DNA of 64,000 nucleotides, taken from a virus. Lineage: Duplodnaviria; Caudoviricetes. Shown here piece after piece: positions 19,499-27,461 of this stretch. The translations under genes were made by a program, and so were the position numbers. The DNA lies in the IMG/VR virus record IMGVR_UViG_3300023174_003901, positions 1 to 64,000 of that record. One strand, written 5' to 3'. The stretch's first letter is position 1, and the number at the start of each line of letters is the position of its first letter. Under the pieces are notes generated by a model that was not told where the DNA came from, made no database searches, and worked only from the letters and a program-made list of their open reading frames with translations.

Positions 19499-20656
19499 AT
19501 GAACACAAACGACTTGATTGCCAGTGGTAACCTGGCCAGAGAACAACACAATCCTGAACAGGCCATTGCATTTTATGCACAGGCATTTGTACAAGATCCC
19601 AACCATTCAGGCGCATTCAACAACTACGGCAATGTGCTAAGAGAAATGGGACATACACAACGTGCCATTCCTTTTTTGGAAACTGCAAGACTTTTAGATC
19701 CCGCTAGTGTCACAGCAGAATTCAATCTAGCGGTAGCACAGTTGATGTTAGGAAACTATGAACAAGGGTGGCAGTTGTATGAAAGCCGTTGGCGTTATGA
19801 ACACCTAGATGGTACCAAACCCCGACTACCCAGTCCTGAGTGGTCAGGTGAGGACCTGCGTGACAAAACTATCCTGGTCATCGGCGAGCAAGGACTAGGT
19901 GATCAAATTCAATTCTTGAGATTTTGTGGTAATCTTCAAGACATGGGTGCAAAAATTAGACTGCATGTGAGTCCAGGAATCAAACCTTTGCTGATTAATA
20001 CTCCGCCGGCAATTTTAGAAGTAACCTGCAATACAGAAGATGTAATCGGTCCTTTTGATTACTGGGTTGCCATGATGAGCCTACCTAGACTGTTAAACAT
20101 GAAGTTGGAAAATGTACAACACTATTTGCAGTATGTGCAACCTGACCCGGAACGTGTGAAAGTCTGGTCCGAGAGATTAGGTGTTCCAAAAAATCGCATG
20201 AGGATTGGCGTTGCTTGGTCAGGACGTAAAGATTCATGGATCAATCAGCACAAGAGTATGCCAGCACAAACCATGGCCGCACTTGTGCGAAAGTTTCCCG
20301 AACACCAATGGGTTAGTTTACAAGTAGACGCCAGTGAAGAAGATGCGGCAGTGGTCAAGGCAGCAGGAGTAGAGTGCTACCCTGGTACTATCATGGATTT
20401 TGCTGACACAGCCGCACTAATGCATCATCTAGATCTTGTGATCTCTGTAGACACAGCAGCCGCTCACTTGGCAGGTGCCATGGGTCGTCCTGTGTGGATT
20501 CCACTCAATTCATACGGTCCTTGCTGGCGCTGGATGCAGAATCGTGATGATTCACCTTGGTATACTACTGCTAGATTATTCCGTCAAGAAAAGTACGGCG
20601 ACTGGTCTGCGCCAATGGCCAAGATTGAAAAGTTTTTAGGTTGGTTTAAGATTTAA
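19499..20656 (+). CDS. TPR-repeat protein with C-terminal GT9-like glycosyltransferase domain
   Basis: Three TPR-like repeats (AFNNYGNVLREMG, AEFNLAVAQLMLG), then W.GEDLRDKTILVIGEQGLGDQIQFLRF, IGVAWSG and DFADTAALMHHLDLVISVDTAAAHLAGAMGRPVW. The start is moved from 19448 to 19499 on promoter spacing. Confidence 0.85.
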   Translation: MNTNDLIASGNLAREQHNPEQAIAFYAQAFVQDPNHSGAFNNYGNVLREMGHTQRAIPFLETARLLDPASVTAEFNLAVAQLMLGNYEQGWQLYESRWRYEHLDGTKPRLPSPEWSGEDLRDKTILVIGEQGLGDQIQFLRFCGNLQDMGAKIRLHVSPGIKPLLINTPPAILEVTCNTEDVIGPFDYWVAMMSLPRLLNMKLENVQHYLQYVQPDPERVKVWSERLGVPKNRMRIGVAWSGRKDSWINQHKSMPAQTMAALVRKFPEHQWVSLQVDASEEDAAVVKAAGVECYPGTIMDFADTAALMHHLDLVISVDTAAAHLAGAMGRPVWIPLNSYGPCWRWMQNRDDSPWYTTARLFRQEKYGDWSAPMAKIEKFLGWFKI

Positions 20657-20678
20657 AAAAAAGCACCCCAGGGGGTGC
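20655..20678 (-). terminator. Rho-independent terminator for minus-strand transcripts
   Basis: Minus strand GCACCC-CCTG-GGGTGC followed by eight T, at the convergence of the endonuclease and TPR-GT genes. Confidence 0.7.
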
Positions 20679-20712
20679 CAAAACTTCCCATCCCGGGGAT
20701 GTTGTTAGATAT

Positions 20713-21327
20713 TTATTTTTTCTTGGCGGCAATAGTTGCTCTAATCTTTGCTTTTTGTTCTTCGCTCATTGGCTTGCCTTTATTGATCGGAACTTTTCCT
20801 TTGTTAGCGGCTCCTATTCTTGCGGCCCTTTCAGGAGTGCATCCTTTTCCAAACATTGGATTATTTTCTCCTGATTTAAGTTTAGACATTAATGCACGGT
20901 ATTCAGGAGTTTGATTTTTAGAATTTAATTTAGGTTTACCTTTTTGTGATTTGCTAAGATTTTGTTTGTGTTGATCAGTCTTAGGTTTATCTTTATGAAA
21001 ATTACTAATCTTTTTCTTACTTTCTTCTGTAGGAACAATATATCCTGCTATGTTTTGATTTAACCAACGGTCATCGTGTAATACTTTACAACGATTTAAA
21101 ACACGAGTTTCCCAAGCACTTGCTTGCTCTTTAGATTCAAACACTCTGCGTATTTCTACATCAAAACTATCTGCTCCGGTTTCTTTTATTAGTTGTTGTA
21201 CCCGAGGGCTACTTGTAAAATAATGTTTCCAAAGGTCTTTGTGAGGATCTAACTTGTTGGCTGATCTAAATCCGTAATAAACTTTACCAGTAGGACGATG
21301 TTTAATTAGATAGGTGTATGGCTTCAT
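20713..21327 (-). mobile_element. Free-standing GIY-YIG (Seg-like) homing endonuclease with NUMOD3-type DNA-binding repeats
   Basis: YTYLIKHRPTGKVYYG (GIY-YIG variant), YFTSS, conserved E (SAWETRVL) and N (WLNQN). Basic C-terminus with SGENNPMFGK and MSEEQKAKI motifs. Start 21327 lies 5 nt after ATAAATA. Confidence 0.8.
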
Positions 21328-21332
21328 ATTTT

Positions 21333-21339
21333 TATTTAT
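21333..21339 (-). promoter_or_regulatory. Late promoter ATAAATA for the homing endonuclease
   Basis: CATAAATAAAAATATG on the minus strand. Confidence 0.65.
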
Positions 21340-21375
21340 GATAGAGTGCGATTTCACCAACATAACAGAGTCAAT

Positions 21376-21400
21376 AAAAAACGCCCCGAAGGGCGTTTTT
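21376..21400 (-). terminator. gp23 terminator with C(UUCG)G tetraloop
   Basis: Minus strand AAAAACGCCC-TTCG-GGGCGTTTTTT: a perfect stem with flanking A/T runs and the classic T4-type UUCG loop. Confidence 0.9.
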
Positions 21401-21426
21401 GTATATCGTGTAGATAAGAATAGTTC

Positions 21427-22638
21427 TTAACTAAACGATAAATTGCTCACGGCTATCTCGCCAACATAATCGCCAGCATTGCCGAATGAACTGGCAGTGT
21501 TGGTCAATTCAATGAAGCCATAACGTGTCATGAATGACACGACTGGTTCAAAGGTTGTTGGATCCAACACAACACCGCTTGACATCAATGGGATGTATGG
21601 GCAGTAGAATGCTGGAGCGTCTGCTTCGCTTGAACCCTTGTAGCCAACCAACACAGGAGTTGTGTCACTTGCATAAGAGTCAACAAACACACGCATTGCG
21701 CCGTTCAATGTACCAACAAACTTGGTATTTGTAGGTGCTTCGAAAGTACCTTCTGTAGTACGTGCAAAAGCAGAAGTAGTTGCAGATTGCAACACTGTCA
21801 AACTTGCAGAACTCACAACAGCATAGTTACCTGCGCCACGACGTGTACGTTGGGCAATCAAGTTAGCAACACGGTTGATCAAAACAGCCAAAGCGGCGTG
21901 TTCGTCACCAACAAATGTAGCAGTACCTGAAACGGTTGCTTGGTTGTATGTGTACTCAGTTGCGGCCAAACTACGGAGACTCAAAAGAATCTCTTGGTCA
22001 ATTTCAGCAGTAATCTCTTGAGCCAAAGCAGCCATGATTTCGGCTTCTACGTCGATACCATGCATTGCTTGTGCGTCTTGAGCGGCTTCAAAAGTCCAAC
22101 GTGCTTGCAACTTGCGAGTCTTGGCTTCAACAGCCTGCTTCAAGATTTGCACGGAAATTTGACGACCACCAGAACCTTCTAACACAGATGTATTAGCACC
22201 AGTGTAGATGTTCTGAGTTGGGTCAACAGTACCAGCAGTTACGCTAGATGCTGAAGAATATGCTTGAGCGATCAAGAATGGGCTCAATGCTTCTTGACCA
22301 GCGGCAGTGCTTGTGGCGGCTGCTGAGTTGTCAGTCATTGTGTTGGCATAACGCACACGCAAAGTGTGGATCTGACCAACTGGGCCTGTCATTGGCTGAA
22401 CGCCTACCAACTCGTTAGCGATAACTGTTGGCATTACACGACGGATAACTGGCAAAATCACACGGTTCAATGTGGCAATGTTACCAGAGCCTGTTGAGCC
22501 TGCACTTGCGTTTTCCTTCAAGTACTTGCGAGTGTTTTCGAGGATAACACTCATGCTGTTGCGCTTGGAACCGTTCAACCCTTCAAGCAATGCTTCTTTG
22601 GTTTCGCCCCAGCGGCTTTCTAATAATTGTTCTGACAT
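21427..22638 (-). CDS. gp23: Major capsid protein (T4 gp23 family)
   Basis: LPVIRRVMPTVIANELVGVQPMTGPVGQIHTLR, VEAKTRKLQARWTFEAAQD, EITAEIDQEIL, FYCPYIPL and FMTRYG motifs. AAGGAG SD. Confidence 0.97.
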   Translation of the reverse strand: MSEQLLESRWGETKEALLEGLNGSKRNSMSVILENTRKYLKENASAGSTGSGNIATLNRVILPVIRRVMPTVIANELVGVQPMTGPVGQIHTLRVRYANTMTDNSAAATSTAAGQEALSPFLIAQAYSSASSVTAGTVDPTQNIYTGANTSVLEGSGGRQISVQILKQAVEAKTRKLQARWTFEAAQDAQAMHGIDVEAEIMAALAQEITAEIDQEILLSLRSLAATEYTYNQATVSGTATFVGDEHAALAVLINRVANLIAQRTRRGAGNYAVVSSASLTVLQSATTSAFARTTEGTFEAPTNTKFVGTLNGAMRVFVDSYASDTTPVLVGYKGSSEADAPAFYCPYIPLMSSGVVLDPTTFEPVVSFMTRYGFIELTNTASSFGNAGDYVGEIAVSNLSFS

Positions 22639-22659
22639 TTCTGTCTCCTTTTTCTTTGT

Positions 22660-23760
22660 TTAGAGGCCTGCCAGGCGCTTGATAGCAATAACGTTGCTGT
22701 TGTCATCAGCGTTATCTTCTACTTGGCTACGGGCAGTTTTATCACCAGTTACTTCCGACACATTTTCAACAATCACTTTGCGGCTACTTGTTGATTTGCC
22801 TTCGGCCAATACGGCTGGTAGATACTTTTCAAATGCGGCATTCAGACGGGCTGTTTGTACGCTTTCGAGTAAATTACGCATGGTCTCACGCTTCTCTTCG
22901 TTGAGAGGTGCGAGCAAATCGTCCAGAGTGTTTTGACGCACATTGGATTCTTTGATAATACGTATTTCACGTTCTTTGGACTCAACCAGAGTTTTTGCTC
23001 TCTGTGTGAGTTTGATGGCTTCACTCAATTGATGATCTTTGTTGGCAATCATGTTGTGCAGTTTACGAACTTCGGCTTTCTCATTGAGATGAGTAGCACC
23101 AAATTCGGCTGCGTATGCTTCAAAAATACGACGACCAAAATTGTTCTCGCGAGCAACTTGGATGTCTTCATGTAATTGTGTGAGTTCAGCCTTTAGGTGA
23201 CGGCTAACAGCCTGGCTCATCTTCTCGGCACTTTCCTTAACGAAACGTGTTTTGAGACCTTCCAGTTGGCCACGTGCTTCACGGACTAAACGAACCTTGG
23301 TTTCCACCACGTCACGCTTGTCTGTTGCAAATTCTTGAATTTCACGGGCCAATGCATGTACCACAAAGTTTTCTAGTTTACCCAGTCCCTCTGTGTGCAT
23401 TTTACGATCTCGACGCAATTCGCTAATTTCCTCTGCCAATTTTGTGACCATGAAGTTGTTGAACTTAGTTGCATCTTCTTTGATCTTGACTTGGAACTTA
23501 ACGCGGTCTTCTGCCAATGCCTGCTTTTCAGCAGCCACGGCTTGAACTTCTGCGGCAAGACCTTCTGTTACCATTTTGTCTAAGGCTTCCACCATCACTG
23601 ACTTGTCGTGTTCATAGCGTTGCGCAAATTCCTCGCGGAGTTCTGCGCGAACCTGTTCACGTGCTTCAGTAAGTTTGGCATCCCAAGCCTCACTGATAGC
23701 ACTGCGAGTTTCCTCGTTGATCAGTTCACTATCAAGCAATGGTTTAATAGCATCTAGCAT
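22660..23760 (-). CDS. gp22: Prohead core scaffold protein (gp22-like)
   Basis: Coiled-coil E/K/A-rich protein between gp21 and gp23. FGRRIFEAYAAEF motif and AGGAG SD. Confidence 0.85.
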   Translation of the reverse strand: MLDAIKPLLDSELINEETRSAISEAWDAKLTEAREQVRAELREEFAQRYEHDKSVMVEALDKMVTEGLAAEVQAVAAEKQALAEDRVKFQVKIKEDATKFNNFMVTKLAEEISELRRDRKMHTEGLGKLENFVVHALAREIQEFATDKRDVVETKVRLVREARGQLEGLKTRFVKESAEKMSQAVSRHLKAELTQLHEDIQVARENNFGRRIFEAYAAEFGATHLNEKAEVRKLHNMIANKDHQLSEAIKLTQRAKTLVESKEREIRIIKESNVRQNTLDDLLAPLNEEKRETMRNLLESVQTARLNAAFEKYLPAVLAEGKSTSSRKVIVENVSEVTGDKTARSQVEDNADDNSNVIAIKRLAGL

Positions 23761-23770
23761 GCTTTACTCC

Positions 23771-24418
23771 TTATATTTTGAGATCTTTGATCAGTCGAGT
23801 TACCTCGGCCTGCAAATATCTCTGTACCTTGTTGTCCTTGCCTGCGTCTCTTGCCGCTTCCAAAACTCTATGTCCGTACTTCATGTTGAGAAGTCCTTCG
23901 TAGATGGCTTTGGGATAAGCATGTGGGGCGCTGGGTTGAGCAACAACATCGACAGTGACAATTTCAAAGTCACTGACATGTCCGTTGCCGTCGTTCACGT
24001 TACCGGAACCACGGCTCGAAACTCCGAGTTTGACGCCAGAATCCAACATGGTCTTGACCAGTTGTCCCATTGGCGTTGGAATAATTCTCAACTTACCGTA
24101 ACCGCAATGCCCATCCATCCACATTTTGTCAATGGTATGACTAACACGATCCAAGTTGATTTTGAGATCTTCTGGGTGATCGACTTCGCCCATCACGCTG
24201 TAGCCTTCCACAACTTGTTTGTTGATGGTGTCCACAGCCTTGGCAATTTCATTCACGGGGTACACACGTTCGTTGGCGTTCTTTACTCCGCCTTCGATAC
24301 ATATACCCTCCATGTACAAGTTTTTGCCGTTGAAAGGGCCTTTGCCGTCAGGAGCATCCTCGAACAAGACGCGAATCTTGGCCTGATTAAAGTTCAAATG
24401 CTCTTGTAAGTATCTCAT
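23771..24418 (-). CDS. gp21: Prohead core protease (gp21)
   Basis: LYMEGICI, KNANERVYP, GEVDHPED, LDRVSH, LGVSSRGSG and DVVAQPSAPHA motifs. Confidence 0.93.
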   Translation of the reverse strand: MRYLQEHLNFNQAKIRVLFEDAPDGKGPFNGKNLYMEGICIEGGVKNANERVYPVNEIAKAVDTINKQVVEGYSVMGEVDHPEDLKINLDRVSHTIDKMWMDGHCGYGKLRIIPTPMGQLVKTMLDSGVKLGVSSRGSGNVNDGNGHVSDFEIVTVDVVAQPSAPHAYPKAIYEGLLNMKYGHRVLEAARDAGKDNKVQRYLQAEVTRLIKDLKI

Positions 24419-24424
24419 GACCGG

Positions 24425-25318
24425 TTAAGCCTTTGGAAAAGGTGTACGTGTGTTTACGCCTGCGGCTTGTGATGTCACTGGCTTTGGTGCTGCCTTGGGA
24501 CTTTGTACGCCTTGAGCAGGTGAGTTGCCCACTCGGCCAATCAAGTCTTTAGTAGTTGGAGCAGGACGACCTTGTGCCGTGTCTCCAGTCATTTTGACTG
24601 GTTGTGCCATTGCGCCACGTGCGCCAGAATTGGCAGCAACAATTGACTTTGTGTCTGTACCTGGTGCTTCTTGCGTAGTTGTTTTTGGGTGTACTTGCTT
24701 GAGACTGATGGCTTCTTCCATTGGCATCATGCCTTCAGTTTCCAACTCATCGTCCTGAACTTCAATGTCTGTCATGTCAGGTGTATCGCCCATGTCAGCA
24801 CCGTTGCCACCGTCCATCATGGCTTCAAATTCTGCCATGAGTTCGTCTAATTTGTCTTCCAAATCAACCACACGGTTCTCAAGTTCGCCGTCGTCGTGTT
24901 CGTCTTCCATGTCCTGTGTCATGTCTTTGCCGGCTTCTTCGGCCTTGTCATCAAACTCAGCATCCATGTCGTCTTCTGCCATGCCTTGCTCTTCTGCTTC
25001 AACATCGTCAATCATGTCTTGGGCTTGGCTTCCACCAAGGTCTTCATTGTAACGACCGTGTTTCTCGTCGTATTCAATATCTTTAGCAACTTTACGACCT
25101 GCACGTTCAGCGTGATCATCACGCTCGGCGTCAGTTTCTTCGCTTACATTGGTGTCAATCTCTGTGGGTTCTTCACCCATGGCATTGTCTTCATCCATGA
25201 GGTCTTCATAGATAGCACGACTTTTTTCCACCACAATTTGGTGAAAAAGTTCTTTTGCTTTGGCTTCTTCGTCATTGATGACGTATTCGATCAGTTGTTC
25301 GAAACGGTTTTTGCTCAT
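24425..25318 (-). CDS. Acidic prohead core protein (positional gp67/gp68 analogue)
   Basis: Very D/E-rich, lies between the portal and the protease, AGGAG SD. Confidence 0.65.
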   Translation of the reverse strand: MSKNRFEQLIEYVINDEEAKAKELFHQIVVEKSRAIYEDLMDEDNAMGEEPTEIDTNVSEETDAERDDHAERAGRKVAKDIEYDEKHGRYNEDLGGSQAQDMIDDVEAEEQGMAEDDMDAEFDDKAEEAGKDMTQDMEDEHDDGELENRVVDLEDKLDELMAEFEAMMDGGNGADMGDTPDMTDIEVQDDELETEGMMPMEEAISLKQVHPKTTTQEAPGTDTKSIVAANSGARGAMAQPVKMTGDTAQGRPAPTTKDLIGRVGNSPAQGVQSPKAAPKPVTSQAAGVNTRTPFPKA

Positions 25319-25375
25319 TTATGGCTCCTGTTAGGTATGTTGGGTAGTTCTGCCCTCATGGCAGATCTATACCTA

Positions 25376-25381
25376 TATTTA
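25376..25381 (-). promoter_or_regulatory. Late promoter TAAATA for the head-core/capsid operon
   Basis: TAAGTAAATA followed by a structured leader and an AGGAG SD. Confidence 0.6.
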
Positions 25382-25440
25382 CTTAGAAGGCAAAAACTTA
25401 GCGGTTTATGGTGGATTTTTTGTCAGATTTGACAGTTTTT

Positions 25441-25659
25441 TTACAGTGCAGGCTGTGCTGGCGGTGCATACTGTTTACGGATCAGTTTGAGTTTTTCGGC
25501 ATACTCATAGGTCCGTGTGTCCTGCATTCTGCGCAGTTTGTTCAACTGCTTGAGAGTGAGTTTGGTTTTACGCAATTGTCCCAGGTGAGGCTGTGTGTTG
25601 TCCGCCGCAACATCTTGGTAGCCTGCTGGCGCTCGGTCATAAATTTCATTCAGGATCAT
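25441..25659 (-). CDS. Small basic hypothetical head-module protein (72 aa)
   Basis: MILNEIY...LRKTKLTLKQLNKLRRMQD. The start at 25659 lies 4 nt after TATAAATA. The ORF-track extension to 25704 overlaps the portal gene. Confidence 0.75.
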   Translation of the reverse strand: MILNEIYDRAPAGYQDVAADNTQPHLGQLRKTKLTLKQLNKLRRMQDTRTYEYAEKLKLIRKQYAPPAQPAL

Positions 25660-25663
25660 ACTG

Positions 25664-25671
25664 TATTTATA
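25664..25671 (-). promoter_or_regulatory. Full T4 late consensus TATAAATA overlapping the portal stop codon
   Basis: Exact match to the T4 gp55 consensus. Confidence 0.75.
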
Positions 25672-27445
25672 ATCCTGCTGGCGATGCTGCCGGTGCTCCT
25701 GCACCAGGAGCAGTGCCGCCTACTGTGCCTGCAGGTACTGCTGGTAGGCCACCTTCTGCACCAGGTGCTTGTAGATTGGCCATTTCTTCACCGGTGGCAA
25801 TATCAGTTTCCATACCTGCTGGAGTGATACCGATAGAACGTAGATCCTGTCCTTGTGTGGTTTGCAGTTCAGGTCGGTCACGTTCTTCGCGCCACATTTT
25901 TTCGTTTTGTTCAATTTCGTCCTTGCTGAGTCCCAAGAAACGTTCCAGCATAAAGCGTTTTGACATGTAAGGCAACGCCTCTAGACTAGTGAAACTGCTG
26001 ATACGTGATGTATCCATCTCTGCCTGGCGATAACTTGCAAAATTTTGCGGTGGATTAAACCTCAGTTGAAACAGGCCAGCGTCGATGTTAAAGCCTCTCC
26101 AGCGCAGGAACATCTTGAATTCATCATCCAGTTTCTGCATGATCAGTGCTTGCAAACGCTCGCAATACTGGTTGAATCTGTACTCTTGAATCAATGCTGT
26201 ACCCACTTTGCCATCTTGCATTGTGCGCTCTGAGTCGTCAGGAGCGGTAGGCAAATAACTCGAAGGCACACGCAAACCACGGGCCATCTTGTTGTTAAAG
26301 TACTTTAAATCGTCAATTTCGCCTAGGTTTTGACCACCGGGTAGTACATCTACACTGGAGCCACGTCCGTCTGCACCTGTAGGAAAGAAGAAGTCTTCGT
26401 TGATACTGAGTGGATTGTAACTTGAATCCATGATGTTGCCGCCGCCACCACCAAATGTGGGGATTCTACGCTGATGCATTTCGTTCTTCACACGTTCCAC
26501 AAACTGCATGGCCAAATGACTTGGCATGTTGCCCACGTCAATTTTGAACACTCTGCGCTCGGGAGCACGTTGCACACGATAGATCAACAACGCATCTTCT
26601 AACAGTTCTTTCTGCTTGAACACTTTGAAAATGTTTTCCAAGATTGATTTACCAAATGGCCAGAATGTGTCCAGGCCTTCGTTCAGACTCATGTGAACCA
26701 CGTGCTTGGCATCAATACAAGTTTCATTCACAGCACGGCTAAATCTACTGGTTCCTGTCATGGCTGTGTTTGGCTGAGTATAGCCACCGCCTTGACTGTA
26801 GCCACCACCTGTGGGTGGGTTGACCATGAAGTCTGTTGTGGTTTTGGCTGCCACAGTCAAATTCTGAAAGTTGGGATTGATGTCACGAATGATGTACTGC
26901 TCAGGACGCTTGCCTTCTGATTCGTTCACAATCACTCGGCTGACCTTGCTCATGTCCACCCAGTACATTTCAAATGTTTCTGGATCACGCACAAACACTT
27001 GATCTCCGTACTTGATGGTGTTGCGGAACAGTTTAAAGATTCGTTGATCTAGTTTGTTGAGTTTGGTCCACTGTTGCATTTGCTTGCGGATGATTTCAAT
27101 TTCGTGATCAGTGGGCTCATCAGAGTATTTGATTTCAAATGGTGTGTTGTTGTCTTCGTTGAGTTGAGTTGAGAACTCAGCAATAATGTCTAAGCAGGCG
27201 TTGACTTCGGAGTCAGCATCCATGTTCTCATACTGATTGTAGCGTTCAATTCTGTTGGGATGCCCACTATACACTTCTGGCAAGCGTGATGCATAGTTAC
27301 GGAATGCAAAATCAGTTTGAGCCAAATTAGTTCCGCGACCGTCATTTTTAGGATATCCAGGCAAGCCTGAATCTCTGCCGCCCGAAATAGGGCTCATCTG
27401 ACCTGAGAGATCAGCAACTTTAAAATATTTTTTCCATCCAGCCAT
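25667..27445 (-). CDS. gp20: Portal protein (gp20)
   Basis: RYNQYENMD, LLEDALLIYRVQRAPERRVFKIDVGNMP, NEDFFFP, LPGGQNLGEIDDLKYF, LRVPSSYL and QEYRF motifs. Confidence 0.95.
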   Translation of the reverse strand: MAGWKKYFKVADLSGQMSPISGGRDSGLPGYPKNDGRGTNLAQTDFAFRNYASRLPEVYSGHPNRIERYNQYENMDADSEVNACLDIIAEFSTQLNEDNNTPFEIKYSDEPTDHEIEIIRKQMQQWTKLNKLDQRIFKLFRNTIKYGDQVFVRDPETFEMYWVDMSKVSRVIVNESEGKRPEQYIIRDINPNFQNLTVAAKTTTDFMVNPPTGGGYSQGGGYTQPNTAMTGTSRFSRAVNETCIDAKHVVHMSLNEGLDTFWPFGKSILENIFKVFKQKELLEDALLIYRVQRAPERRVFKIDVGNMPSHLAMQFVERVKNEMHQRRIPTFGGGGGNIMDSSYNPLSINEDFFFPTGADGRGSSVDVLPGGQNLGEIDDLKYFNNKMARGLRVPSSYLPTAPDDSERTMQDGKVGTALIQEYRFNQYCERLQALIMQKLDDEFKMFLRWRGFNIDAGLFQLRFNPPQNFASYRQAEMDTSRISSFTSLEALPYMSKRFMLERFLGLSKDEIEQNEKMWREERDRPELQTTQGQDLRSIGITPAGMETDIATGEEMANLQAPGAEGGLPAVPAGTVGGTAPGAGAPAASPAGL

Positions 27446-27452
27446 AGTGTAT

Positions 27453-27459
27453 TATTTAT
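27453..27459 (-). promoter_or_regulatory. Late promoter ATAAATA for the portal gene
   Basis: GATAAATAATACACTATG: 7 nt to ATG, no SD. Confidence 0.65.
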
Positions 27460-27461
27460 CG

